From positions 288,001 through 352,000 of the forward strand of contig CAXXUO010000001.1 in the NCBI GenBank assembly GCA_963666485.2: a stretch of 64,000 nt of DNA. Reading direction: 5' to 3'. Below the pieces are notes generated by a model. It did not search any database. It was given only the letters and a program-made list of their open reading frames with translations, and was not told the DNA's origin. The DNA comes from Syntrophorhabdaceae bacterium (GTDB taxonomy: Bacteria > Desulfobacterota > Syntrophorhabdia > Syntrophorhabdales > Syntrophorhabdaceae). This document shows, piece after piece, positions 48,654 to 59,030 of the stretch (the first letter of the stretch is position 1; every line of letters starts with the position of its first letter). A program made the position numbers and the translations under genes.

Positions 48654-51106
48654 TGGAACGCTATATTTGCATACACTGTCATTTCTATCAGCCTCCCCGG
48701 GAAAACCCGTGGCTCGAATCAATAGAGGTCCAGGATTCGGCGTACCCCTACCACGACTGGAATGAGCGCATAACGGCGGAATGTTACGGTCCCAACTCCG
48801 CTTCACGCATCGTGAATGCCGACGGACGAATAACGGACATTGTGAGCAACTATTCGAAGGTCAGTTTCAACTTCGGCCCCACCCTGCTTGCGTGGATGGC
48901 CGTCAGATCAAAGAAGGTCTATGACGCCATCATCGAGGCGGACAGGCAGAGCGTCAAAGAGAGGTCCGGCCACGGCAATGCCATCGCGCAGGTCTACAAC
49001 CACGTGATCATGCCGCTTGCGAACAGGCGGGATAAAGAATCCCAGGTACGCTGGGGCATACGGGATTTCGAGTTCAGGTTCGGGCGCTCCCCGGAGGGGA
49101 TGTGGCTCGCCGAGACCGCGGTGGACCACGAGACGCTGGAATGCCTGGCAGGCGAAGGGATAAAATTCACCATACTGGCGCCGCACCAGGCCAAAGCATT
49201 CAAAAAGATAGACGGAAAAGACTGGCACGACGTCGCGGGCGGCAGGATCGATCCGACCCGTCCTTACCTGTGCCGCCTTCCCTCAGGTTCGTCCATCGTG
49301 CTTTTCTTTTACGACGGACCCGTATCGGGCGGCATCGCCTTCGGGAACCTTTTGGTCACGGGGGAGAACCTTGTGTCAAAGCTCGCCTCGGGCTTCTCCG
49401 GCACACGGGACTGGCCACAGCTCATGCACGTCGCGACCGATGGAGAGACATACGGCCATCACCGGCAGTTCGGGGACATGGCGCTCGCATTTGCCCTGCG
49501 CCACATCGAGGAGAGCAGCCTGGCAACCCTTACCAATTACGGGGAGTACCTCGAGAAATACCCGCCCGATCATGAGGTCACAATCTATGAGAGAAGCTCC
49601 TGGAGTTGTGCGCACGGCGTCGAGCGCTGGCGAAGTGATTGCGGCTGCAATACCGGGGGCCACAGCGGGTGGAACCAGGCCTGGAGGGCCCCCTTGAGGA
49701 ATGCCCTCGACTGGCTCAGGGACGAGCTGGCTGAAAAATACTACCAGTATGCATGGCACTACCTGAAAGACCCGTGGGCGGCGCGCGACCGTTACATCGA
49801 CGTTATCCTCGACCGCAACGGACTGAACGTGGAAAAGTTCCTGGCCCGCGAGGGCAGGCGCGAGTTCTCCTCCGGGGAGCGCGTCATTGTCCTGAAGCTC
49901 CTCGAGATGCAGCGCCATTGCATGCTCATGTTCACGAGCTGCGGATGGTTCTTTGATGAGCTTTCGGGGATCGAGACCGTGCAGGTCATCCAATACGCAG
50001 GAAGGGCCATTCAGCTTATGGCGGGGATCTACAGGAACGGCGGGGCGATCGAGGAAGAATTCAAGGACGTGATCGGCGAGGCGAAAAGCAATGTCCCCGA
50101 GTATAAAGACGGCGCGGCGATCTACGAGAAATGGGTGAAACCGGCTTCGATCGACCTCCATAACGTCGCCATACATTACGCGATAAGCTCCGTCATCGAG
50201 AAATTCGAGGACAGGACAAGGATATTCAGTTACACGGTGGAAAGGAACGGTTACAGCAGGACACCGGCCGGCACCAACACGCTCGTTGTCGGCGATGCGG
50301 TGATCACGTCCGAGATAACCGGGCGACGGGAGCATATATGCTTCTGCGTCCTCCATCTCGGCGGGCATATCTTCAACGGGGGCGCCCGGACATACATCAG
50401 CGACGAGATGTACGAGGTCATGAAAAGGGACGTGTCGGAGACATTCGAAAAAGGCGACATCGCGGGAGTGATCCGTGCAATGGACTCCCATTTCGGCATG
50501 CACAGCTATTCCCTGCGGCATCTCTTCAGGGACACCCAGCATAAAATACTCAACGTTCTCGTCAGGGAGGCCCTCGACAGGCAGGACGACATCTACCGGA
50601 CCCTCTTTGAATCGGGGCAGGTCCTTATGAATGTCCTCGTCGAAGCCGGCATGCCAGTGCCGGCCGTTTTCCGGGCCACCGCGGAATACGCCCTCAATCT
50701 CGACCTGGTGAACGCTTTCCGCCAGGAAAAAATTGATCCCGGGCGGATCGGGGCCATCGTCAACCAGATCCGGAAGGCGCACCTCGCCTGTGATGCAGAG
50801 GTTGAGCTTGCCGTCAGAAAAAGGATCGAATCGTACATGAACGAGCTCAGTGAGAACCCTGACAGCATACCCCTTATGGAGAGAGTCAAAGAGTCCATGG
50901 ACATGGCCCGAATGGTCCCCGTCGCCCGGAACCTCTGGGACGTTCAGAACATTTATTTCACCATGGTAAAGAAGGTCTACCCCGATTTCATCGGGGCCGG
51001 TCAGGAAGAAGCGGCAGGCGTTGCGAGTTGGACGGAGGCCTTCAGGCAGCTAGGTGAAGCGCTCGAATTCGATTACGACGCGATCGTCGCGAACCGGGGG
51101 ATTTAG
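48653..51106 (+). CDS. GH57 family glycoside hydrolase with DUF3536
   Basis: HCHFYQPPRENPW, GMWLAE, ATDGETYGHH, SWSCAHGVERW, MFTSCGWFFD. Confidence 0.9.
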   Translation: MERYICIHCHFYQPPRENPWLESIEVQDSAYPYHDWNERITAECYGPNSASRIVNADGRITDIVSNYSKVSFNFGPTLLAWMAVRSKKVYDAIIEADRQSVKERSGHGNAIAQVYNHVIMPLANRRDKESQVRWGIRDFEFRFGRSPEGMWLAETAVDHETLECLAGEGIKFTILAPHQAKAFKKIDGKDWHDVAGGRIDPTRPYLCRLPSGSSIVLFFYDGPVSGGIAFGNLLVTGENLVSKLASGFSGTRDWPQLMHVATDGETYGHHRQFGDMALAFALRHIEESSLATLTNYGEYLEKYPPDHEVTIYERSSWSCAHGVERWRSDCGCNTGGHSGWNQAWRAPLRNALDWLRDELAEKYYQYAWHYLKDPWAARDRYIDVILDRNGLNVEKFLAREGRREFSSGERVIVLKLLEMQRHCMLMFTSCGWFFDELSGIETVQVIQYAGRAIQLMAGIYRNGGAIEEEFKDVIGEAKSNVPEYKDGAAIYEKWVKPASIDLHNVAIHYAISSVIEKFEDRTRIFSYTVERNGYSRTPAGTNTLVVGDAVITSEITGRREHICFCVLHLGGHIFNGGARTYISDEMYEVMKRDVSETFEKGDIAGVIRAMDSHFGMHSYSLRHLFRDTQHKILNVLVREALDRQDDIYRTLFESGQVLMNVLVEAGMPVPAVFRATAEYALNLDLVNAFRQEKIDPGRIGAIVNQIRKAHLACDAEVELAVRKRIESYMNELSENPDSIPLMERVKESMDMARMVPVARNLWDVQNIYFTMVKKVYPDFIGAGQEEAAGVASWTEAFRQLGEALEFDYDAIVANRGI

Positions 51107-51110
51107 GGAA

Positions 51111-54092
51111 ATGGAAAAGCCTGTCTTTCGAAACCTCCGCATACCCCTTTCAACGTACCGCGTCCAGATGAACCGCAACTTCCGTTTCACCGATGCCGCC
51201 GCGATAGTGCCTTACTTAAGCGATCTCGGCATCACGGACCTCTATACGTCCCCTTACCTGACCTCGCGGCCCGGAAGCCTGCATGGCTACGATATCACCG
51301 ACCCGACCCGGTTGAACCCCGAGATAGGAACTGCCGAGGAATACGAACTCCTCGTCAACATCCTCCGCCAATACGATATAGGGCAGCTCCTCGATATTGT
51401 CCCGAACCACATGTGCCTCGACGACAACAACAGGTACTGGATGGACCTTCTCGAGAACGGGCCGGCCTCGCAGTGCAGCGACTTTTTCGATATAGATTGG
51501 GACCCGGTCAAAAAGGAGTTGAAAGACAAGGTCCTGCTTCCTTTTCTCGGTGACCAGTACGGGGCAGCCCTCGAAAAACAGGACATACAGCTCGCCTTTG
51601 AAAGCGGCTCCTTCTTCATCCGGCTTTACGAGGAGAACCTTCCTGTGCTTCCGGAGACGTATGCCGATATCCTGTCCCTCCGTATCGATGAGCTCGATAC
51701 ACCGGCCGCCGGCCCGGGCGAGGGCCGCAACGAGGTAATGAGCATCATCACGTCGGCCGGCAACCTGCCGTCATATCTCGAAACGGACCCGAAGAAGGTC
51801 GAGGTGAGGTACCGCGAAAAAGAGATAATCAAGAAAAGGCTCAAAGAGGTGTACAACGCCGATCCGCTCGTCCGGGAATTTATCGACAGGAACGTTGCGA
51901 TATTCAACGGTACCCCGGGAGAGCCGAAAAGCTTCGACCTTCTGGACGGCCTGTTGCTAAAACAGGTCTATCGCCTCTCATACTGGCAGGTGGCAACGGA
52001 AGAGATCAACTACCGGCGATTCTTCGATATAAACAGTCTTGCGGCGATCCGGGTCGAGAACCCCGAGGTGTTCGAAGAGACGCACCGGCTTATTTTCGGG
52101 CTTATCGAGGAGGGTAAGGTGACGGGCCTGAGGGTCGACCATCCGGACGGCCTTTACGACCCGACGGAATATTTCGACCGGCTTCAGCGGCGATGCTTCG
52201 CGATTGCCATGAGGTCCCACATCGACGAGGTACGGGAAGATGTCGACCTGCCCTACGGAGAAAGATATATCGAATCGGCCATATCGGACAGGTACGAAGA
52301 GGCCTTGCGGCTTGAGCGGCACTTCAAACCCTTTTATATCGTTGCCGAAAAAATACTCGGAAAAGGCGAGATCATGCCCGTCGAATGGCCGACCTTCAGC
52401 ACCACCGGCTACGTCTTCCTGAATTCCCTCACCGGGATCTTTGTCGACGGCCAGAACGCAAAAGCATTCGATGCCCTTTACAGGAGGTTCACCCGCATCC
52501 AGTCGGACTTCCAGGAGGTCCTCTACCGCAACAAAAAGCTCGTCATGGAGACCGCGATGTCGAGCGAGATCAACACGCTCGGGCACCGGCTGAACACGAT
52601 CACGGAAAAGAACAGGCTGACCCGCGACTTCACCCTGAACAGCCTGACGAGGGCGATTGTCGAGGTCATTGCCTGCTTTCCCGTCTACCGGACCTATGTC
52701 AACGGGCCGGACGTCAGGGAGCGCGACAGGCACTATATCGAGCTCGCCATATCGCGGGCTATACGGAAGAACCCCGTTACCAACGAATCCATCTTCAGAT
52801 TTATAAAAAATGTGCTTCTGCTCGTGTTCTCCCCCGGCACGCCGGAGGATGAAAAAGCCTCCTGGCTTAACTTTGTGATGAAATTCCAGCAGATAACGGG
52901 CCCGGTCATGGCAAAAGGCGTCGAAGACACGGCCTTCTATGTGTACAACAGGCTTGTGTCCCTGAACGAGGTCGGGGGCAACCCGGACCGTTTCGGGACG
53001 CTCCTTGACACGTTTCACGGGCAGAACATAGAGAGGCTCAAGAACTGGCCCTTCGCCCTCATTACCTCGTCGACCCACGACACGAAGCGCAGCGAAGATG
53101 TCCGGGCGCGGATCAGCGTCCTGTCGGAAATGCCCGGCGAATGGCGCGAGCGCATTATCTCCTGGGCAAAGATAAACCGGAAGAAGAAGATGCTCGTCGG
53201 CAATCGGTTCGTCCCGGACCGCAACGAGGAATATCTTTTGTACCAGACACTTATCGGGACCTGGCCGCCCGGTCATACAACAGAGGATGAATACGACACG
53301 TACAGGTCCCGGATAAAATCGTACATCAGCAAGGCCGTGAAAGAGGCAAAGGTCAACTCGAGCTGGATCAACCCGGACAAGTTATACGATGAGGCATTGA
53401 ACGCATTTGTCGACGCGGTCCTCGACAGGTCGAGACCCAATGCGTTCCTCGATGATTTCCTGCCTTTCGAGCAAAGGACAGCGGTCTTCGGCATGTTGAA
53501 CTCCGCTTCCCAGGTCCTGCTCAAGATATGTTCCCCCGGCGTTCCTGACTTTTACCAGGGGTCGGAATTGTGGAACTTTACACTCGTCGACCCCGACAAC
53601 AGGCAGCCGGTCGATTACAGCCGCCGCATCCGCCTTCTTGCTGAAATTAAAGACGAACTTGGAAGGGCGGACCATGCCGTCCTTGCGAAAGAATTGACAA
53701 GGTCCATGGAAGACGGCAGAATAAAACTGTACATAACATACAGGGCCCTGAAGCTGCGCAGGCAATTGCGGGAAGTTTTTGAGGAAGGGGAATATATTCC
53801 GCTTGAAGTGACAGGGGCCCGGTCAGGGCATGTCATAGCGTTCGCCCGTCGTCATCTCACCTCGATGGCCGTGGTGGCGGTCCCGAGGTTCCTTGTGAAA
53901 ATATTGTCCTTGCCGGATCTGCGCTTCGATGATATATGGGAAGATACAGTGATAATATTGCCTGCAGCGGCAGGTGAAGGAGACTACAGGAATATTTTTA
54001 CCGGCGAAGAGATGGCAGGACAGGGACCGGCAATTTCGTGCTGCGATATTTTCCGGAATTTTCCCGTCGCTCTTCTGAACAAGGTCTCGTGA
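51111..54092 (+). CDS. treY: malto-oligosyltrehalose synthase
   Basis: STYRVQ, GSLHGYD, DIVPNHM, INYRRFFDIN, LRVDHPDGL, AKGVEDTAFY, STHDTKRSED, LVDPDNR. Confidence 0.95.
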   Translation: MEKPVFRNLRIPLSTYRVQMNRNFRFTDAAAIVPYLSDLGITDLYTSPYLTSRPGSLHGYDITDPTRLNPEIGTAEEYELLVNILRQYDIGQLLDIVPNHMCLDDNNRYWMDLLENGPASQCSDFFDIDWDPVKKELKDKVLLPFLGDQYGAALEKQDIQLAFESGSFFIRLYEENLPVLPETYADILSLRIDELDTPAAGPGEGRNEVMSIITSAGNLPSYLETDPKKVEVRYREKEIIKKRLKEVYNADPLVREFIDRNVAIFNGTPGEPKSFDLLDGLLLKQVYRLSYWQVATEEINYRRFFDINSLAAIRVENPEVFEETHRLIFGLIEEGKVTGLRVDHPDGLYDPTEYFDRLQRRCFAIAMRSHIDEVREDVDLPYGERYIESAISDRYEEALRLERHFKPFYIVAEKILGKGEIMPVEWPTFSTTGYVFLNSLTGIFVDGQNAKAFDALYRRFTRIQSDFQEVLYRNKKLVMETAMSSEINTLGHRLNTITEKNRLTRDFTLNSLTRAIVEVIACFPVYRTYVNGPDVRERDRHYIELAISRAIRKNPVTNESIFRFIKNVLLLVFSPGTPEDEKASWLNFVMKFQQITGPVMAKGVEDTAFYVYNRLVSLNEVGGNPDRFGTLLDTFHGQNIERLKNWPFALITSSTHDTKRSEDVRARISVLSEMPGEWRERIISWAKINRKKKMLVGNRFVPDRNEEYLLYQTLIGTWPPGHTTEDEYDTYRSRIKSYISKAVKEAKVNSSWINPDKLYDEALNAFVDAVLDRSRPNAFLDDFLPFEQRTAVFGMLNSASQVLLKICSPGVPDFYQGSELWNFTLVDPDNRQPVDYSRRIRLLAEIKDELGRADHAVLAKELTRSMEDGRIKLYITYRALKLRRQLREVFEEGEYIPLEVTGARSGHVIAFARRHLTSMAVVAVPRFLVKILSLPDLRFDDIWEDTVIILPAAAGEGDYRNIFTGEEMAGQGPAISCCDIFRNFPVALLNKVS

Positions 54093-54118
54093 ACGAAATG
54101 GAAGGAGCTTGACCGATA

Positions 54119-55354
54119 ATGGCGCAGGTGCTCGCAATGATCCTGGCTGGCGGCCGGGTCGGGGAACTCGAAGTATTGACCTTTTTTCGGCCGAAGTCCG
54201 TCGTTCCCTACGGCGGATTGTACCGCATCATCGATTTTCCGATGAGCAACCTCATGCATTCCGACATCGAGAATGTCGGGATCCTGTCACAATACCGGCC
54301 TTTTGAACTCATAAGGCACATCGCCAACGGCGAGCCCTGGGACATGACGGGCAGGCAGCGGCGGGCCGTCATACTGCCGCCTTTCCAGGGACGCGGCTCA
54401 TCCGACTGGTACAAGGGGACCGCCGATGCCGTATATCAGAACATCGATTTTATCAGGATGAACGACCCCGAGATCGTCGTCGTCCTGTCAGGCGATCACA
54501 TCTACCGGATGGACTACCGCACGCTGATAGAATTCCACAAGGAGAAAAAGGCGGACCTGACGGTGGCCTTCACGCACGTCCCGCCGTCGCAGGATTCGTC
54601 GCGCTTCGGCCTCGCATCGATCGAGGACGGGGACCCCCGGGGCGGGCGCGTCACGGAGTACAAGGAAAAACCGAGGAGTTCGAATCTCGAATGGGCGTCC
54701 CTCACGATATACGTTTTCAGGACGGACCTTCTCATCTCATCGCTCATGGACAACGCGGCGCATACTTCCCACGAGTTCGGAAAAGATATTATCCCTGCGC
54801 TTTTGAAAAGCAAGCGGGTATACGGTTATAAACACGCCGGCTACTGGGGCTACACGCGGACGATCGATGAATATTACCGCACCAGCATGGATATCCTCGG
54901 ATACACGCCGAAGGTGGATATCCGCTCGTGGGAGCTCAGGACCAACATGGCCAACGACAATGTCCGCGATCGTAAACCGGCCTTTGTCGGCCGGTCCGCG
55001 AAGATCGAAGACTCGTTCTTCTACTGCGGGTGTTCCATCGAAGGAACGGTAACGAACTCGATCCTCTTTCCCGGGGTTTCCGTGGAAAAAGGCGCCGTCG
55101 TCGAAGATTCGATCCTCTTCTTCGATGCGAAGGTCCGCAGCGGCGCCCGGGTGATGCGCACGATCGCCGACAGTTCCTGCACCATTTCCGCAAACGCCGG
55201 CATAGGGGACCCGGGAGGTGCCCTTTCCCTGATCGGCATGGAAACCGTCGTTCCTGAAAATATACGCCTCGCCGGCGGGGTCAAGGTCCACCCCAAACTG
55301 AAAGCCGGTGCTTTCACGAAGGCCAGCTACGCTGCCGGGGAGGAGGTCCAATGA
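54119..55354 (+). CDS. ADP-glucose pyrophosphorylase-like subunit with degenerate Gly-rich loop (GlgD-like)
   Basis: LAGGRVGELEVLT..RPKSVVP instead of LAGGxGxRL..RAKPAVP; GTADAV, SGDHIY; beta-helix tail. Confidence 0.75.
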   Translation: MAQVLAMILAGGRVGELEVLTFFRPKSVVPYGGLYRIIDFPMSNLMHSDIENVGILSQYRPFELIRHIANGEPWDMTGRQRRAVILPPFQGRGSSDWYKGTADAVYQNIDFIRMNDPEIVVVLSGDHIYRMDYRTLIEFHKEKKADLTVAFTHVPPSQDSSRFGLASIEDGDPRGGRVTEYKEKPRSSNLEWASLTIYVFRTDLLISSLMDNAAHTSHEFGKDIIPALLKSKRVYGYKHAGYWGYTRTIDEYYRTSMDILGYTPKVDIRSWELRTNMANDNVRDRKPAFVGRSAKIEDSFFYCGCSIEGTVTNSILFPGVSVEKGAVVEDSILFFDAKVRSGARVMRTIADSSCTISANAGIGDPGGALSLIGMETVVPENIRLAGGVKVHPKLKAGAFTKASYAAGEEVQ

Positions 55355-56613
55355 AAGGTACGGCGGCAATACTTCTCGCAGGCGGTGTCGGCAGCAGGCT
55401 CAACATCCTCGTCCGCCACAGGGCGAAACCGGCGGTGCCCTTCGGCGGCATATACCGCATCATCGATTTCACCCTCAGCAATATCGGCAACTCCAGTATG
55501 ACGAGCGTCGCGGTCCTCACGCAGTACAAGCCCCTCTCCCTGATGGACCATATAGGGGACGGGTCGTCATGGGATATGTCGGGGCGGTCGCGAAGCGTCA
55601 AGATATTCCCCCCGAAAACCGGGGAAGAGGACTGGGACTGGTACAAAGGAACGGCCGACGCGGTGCGGCAGAACATATCATTCGTCAATTCGGCAAACAG
55701 CGACGAGATCATGATCCTTTCCGGCGACCACGTGTATCACATGGATTACCGCGAGATGGTGTCCTTCCACCGCGCTAAAGGCGCCCGGGTCACCATCGCG
55801 ACGATCCCCGTCGCCTGGGAGGATACGCACCAGTTCGGGACGGCCATAATCGACGGCAACAACCAGATCCTCGAATGGGAGGAAAAGTCCCCCAAGGCAA
55901 AATCCAACCTCGCTTCCATGGGTATATACGTCTTCGACCGGAAATACCTCATTTCCCTTCTGACGGAATCCAAAGAAGATGATTTCGGGCATCATATAAT
56001 CCCGCGGGCGCTCGAGGAAAAGGTCGTCTACGCCTATCCCTTCGACGGGTACTGGCGGGACGTCGGTACGATCCAGGCATACTGGGACGCGAACATGGAT
56101 ATCCTCGATCCGTCGTCGGGCATAAATCCTGAGAACTGGTGCATCATGACCAACATCAACGCGGGAGCGCCGCAGTACGACAGGCCACCCGTGTCCGTCT
56201 CCGGCCGCGCCCGGATAAAAAGGTCGATCATATCGGCGGGCTGCACCATAGAAGGCAGCGTCGAGAACTCGGTGCTTTCCCCCGGGGTCGTGGTCAAGAC
56301 GGGCGCCTCCGTGCGCAATTCGATCATCCTGCACGACTGCGTCATCGAGGCAGGGGCCAAGATCGACCGCGCGATAATCGACAAGGAGGTCCTCATCGGG
56401 GAGAAGGCAACCATCGGGTTCGGTGATGCGGGCATCGCCAATGCCGAGCACCCGAAACACCTTTACTCGGGATTGACCGTCATCGGGAAGCGGACCCGGA
56501 TCCCTGACGGGATCATCATCGGGACAAACTGCATCATAGACCCGATGCTGGATGCATGCGTCTTCCCGAAAGAGGTAAAAAGCGGTTCGTCTGTCACATG
56601 CTCGAGGCCCTAG
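55351..56613 (+). CDS. glgC: glucose-1-phosphate adenylyltransferase
   Basis: LAGGVGSRL, RAKPAVPFGG, GTADAV, SGDH, SMGIYVF, DFG, YWRDVGT. Confidence 0.92.
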   Translation: MKGTAAILLAGGVGSRLNILVRHRAKPAVPFGGIYRIIDFTLSNIGNSSMTSVAVLTQYKPLSLMDHIGDGSSWDMSGRSRSVKIFPPKTGEEDWDWYKGTADAVRQNISFVNSANSDEIMILSGDHVYHMDYREMVSFHRAKGARVTIATIPVAWEDTHQFGTAIIDGNNQILEWEEKSPKAKSNLASMGIYVFDRKYLISLLTESKEDDFGHHIIPRALEEKVVYAYPFDGYWRDVGTIQAYWDANMDILDPSSGINPENWCIMTNINAGAPQYDRPPVSVSGRARIKRSIISAGCTIEGSVENSVLSPGVVVKTGASVRNSIILHDCVIEAGAKIDRAIIDKEVLIGEKATIGFGDAGIANAEHPKHLYSGLTVIGKRTRIPDGIIIGTNCIIDPMLDACVFPKEVKSGSSVTCSRP

Positions 56614-57881
56614 ATCTTACCGATTCACAAACTATAGTCAAGAGACAGGATGTCAGGGCGAAGCTGGCCGAGATCGGCGAAGCGGACATCCTCGTCGGGA
56701 TACCCAGCTTCAACAATGCCCACTCCATCGGCCATGTTGTCCGCGCGGTACAGGCGGGGCTCGCAAAATATTTCCCGGACAGGAAAACCGTGCTCGTCAA
56801 TTCGGACGGGGGATCGACAGACGGAACGATGGAGGTGGTCCATGAGACGACCATCGACGATTTCCGGTCGATCCTCGTTTCCCATCGCATGGAATCCTTT
56901 TCCAAGATAGCGATCCCCTACCACGGCATACCCGGCAAGGGAAGCGCGTTCCGGGCCATCTTTGAAATAGCGAAGGCGCTTAACGCCAGGGCGTGCGCGG
57001 TCGTCGACTCGGACCTGCGCAGCATAACACCTGAATGGATAGAATTGCTTGTAAAACCCGTCATTGACGACGGGTACGATTACGTGGCACCGCTCTATCA
57101 TCGCCACAAGTACGACGGGACGATAACGAACAGCATCGTCTACCCGCTCACCCGCGCGCTGTACGGAAAGGACGTGCGCCAGCCCATAGGGGGAGATTTC
57201 GGCTTTTCCGGAAGGCTTGCCGGTTTCTATCTCACGAAGCACGTATGGGCATCGGACGTTGCCCGGTACGGCATCGATATCTGGATGACAACGACTGCCA
57301 TCGCCAACAATTTCCGGATCTGCCAGGCCTTTCTCGGGGCGAAGATACATGACGCCAAGGACCCGGGGTCTGACCTCTCCGCCATGCTTTACCAGGTTGT
57401 CGCGGCCACGTTCGATCTGATGGAGGAATACCGCGAGACCTGGAAGAAGACCATGTCTGTCGATGCCGTACCCGTTTTCGGGTTTACCTACGAGGTCGGC
57501 CTCGAGCCGGTCAACGTCAACATCCAGAGAATGCTGGAAAAGTTCCGGCTCGGCGCGCGCGAGCTCGGCCCCGTCTGGGAAAATGTCCTGTCCCGCGAGA
57601 CGATGAATTTCCTGGTCGGCCTTGCGGATGCACCCGGGGACAATTTTTATATGCCCGACAGGATATGGGTCGACATCGTTTACAGTTTTGCACTGGCGGC
57701 GCACCGCAAGGTCATCAACAAGGAGCATCTGCTGAAATCCCTCACCCCTCTGTACATCGGACGCACTGCATCCTTCGTTATCGAGACCCGGGAAGCGAGC
57801 GGCCCGGAAGTCGAAGATAAGATCAACAAGCTCTGCGAAGAATACGGCCGGTTCAAGCCGTCTTTTGCGGAGCACTGGTAA
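56598..57881 (+). CDS. GT-A glycosyltransferase, glucosylglycerate/mannosylglycerate synthase-like
   Basis: VGIPSFN, SDGGSTDGT, GKGSA, DSDL, RQPIGGDF, YGIDIWMT. Confidence 0.75.
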   Translation: MLEALDLTDSQTIVKRQDVRAKLAEIGEADILVGIPSFNNAHSIGHVVRAVQAGLAKYFPDRKTVLVNSDGGSTDGTMEVVHETTIDDFRSILVSHRMESFSKIAIPYHGIPGKGSAFRAIFEIAKALNARACAVVDSDLRSITPEWIELLVKPVIDDGYDYVAPLYHRHKYDGTITNSIVYPLTRALYGKDVRQPIGGDFGFSGRLAGFYLTKHVWASDVARYGIDIWMTTTAIANNFRICQAFLGAKIHDAKDPGSDLSAMLYQVVAATFDLMEEYRETWKKTMSVDAVPVFGFTYEVGLEPVNVNIQRMLEKFRLGARELGPVWENVLSRETMNFLVGLADAPGDNFYMPDRIWVDIVYSFALAAHRKVINKEHLLKSLTPLYIGRTASFVIETREASGPEVEDKINKLCEEYGRFKPSFAEHW

Positions 57882-57902
57882 TAAAGGCCAGGGGAGCTTT
57901 CC

Positions 57903-58613
57903 ATGAATTTTATACAGAGAATACTTGTTGAACCCTTCGAAAAGTTTTACGAGAGGTTCCTGACCTTCATGCCGAATCTTCTCACCGCGATCGCCCTTCT
58001 TATCTTTGGCATCGTTCTCGGATCTCTCTTGAGGCTGGTGCTCCTGAAGATATTTCACGCGATCCACCTCGATAAGGCCGCGGAGAGGCTCGGCATTTTC
58101 GAAATGCTGCTGAAGGACGGCATAAAAGGTTCCCTTTCCGCCTTTGTCGCCCGGCTCATCGGGTGGGCCGTCATCTTTACATTTGCCGTCATCGCTCTTC
58201 AGACATTGAACATACCAACCATCGAGAACCTTCTCGACCGGTTTTTCGCCTATCTCCCGAATGTCTTCACCGCCGCCGTTATTCTTTTCTTCGGCTATAT
58301 CTTCAGCAACTTTTTCGGGCGCGCCGCCCTGATAGCATCCGTCAACGCCGGGATACGAAGGGCCGGAATGGTCGGCAGGCTGGTCAAGCTCGTCGTGTTC
58401 ATCCTTTCCGCGACCATGGCGATGGAGCAGCTCGGCATCGGCAGGGACACGGTCCTGGTCGCATTCGCGATCGTTTTCGGGGGGATCGTCCTCGCCCTTG
58501 CAATTGCGTTCGGCTTCGGGGGAAGGGACATCGCCCGCAATTACCTGCAGCGAAACGTCGATCACGATAAGGAACCCGAACGGGATATCGACAAGCACAT
58601 CGATCCGTTATAA
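57903..58613 (+). CDS. CmpX-like / small mechanosensitive-channel TM_helix membrane protein
   Basis: FMPNLLTA, YLPNVFTA, ALAIAFGFGGRD. Confidence 0.8.
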   Translation: MNFIQRILVEPFEKFYERFLTFMPNLLTAIALLIFGIVLGSLLRLVLLKIFHAIHLDKAAERLGIFEMLLKDGIKGSLSAFVARLIGWAVIFTFAVIALQTLNIPTIENLLDRFFAYLPNVFTAAVILFFGYIFSNFFGRAALIASVNAGIRRAGMVGRLVKLVVFILSATMAMEQLGIGRDTVLVAFAIVFGGIVLALAIAFGFGGRDIARNYLQRNVDHDKEPERDIDKHIDPL

Positions 58614-58623
58614 AAAAGACCCC

Positions 58624-58955
58624 CTCTCGCCCGTTCGTCGCTTTCGCTCCTCTCTAAAGTTCGCAGAGTTCGCGGAGAAAGGCGGAGGCCGCGGGAGCCC
58701 GGAGCCTTACCATTGCCACCCGCCAATAGCAAGCTCGGAGGCGGGTACCCGGCTATCAGGGCGGCATCTTCGATCCTGCCCTTCAGGCAGGATGGACCGC
58801 TTGGACTATTAATTCCCTTGTATTGTTTTTTTCTTTTCCTCGGCGAAGCCGACGAAAGTGCCGGCTGGTCGTGGTCGGCTCCGCGACCAGCCGGCAAAGT
58901 CTTTTCCTTCGCAGTTCTCTGTGCTCTCTGCGAGCTCGAGCGAAGCGGGCGAGAG
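58624..58955. repeat. MITE-like intergenic element with terminal inverted repeats and internal hairpins
   Basis: CTCTCGCCCGTTCG...CGAAGCGGGCGAGAG; internal GCCGGCTGGTCG/CGACCAGCCGGC hairpin. Confidence 0.65.
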
Positions 58956-59030
58956 AATGTCTTTTCAGGAGCTTGACAGAAGTTGCTATTTCTGGTTTTT
59001 ATTCAAGAAAGTAAAATCGGAGGGTGGGGG

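Noticed and set aside
49376..58598. Long minus-strand ORFs (49376-50782, 51978-53276, 56625-58598)
   Set aside because: Antisense shadows of well-supported GC-rich genes
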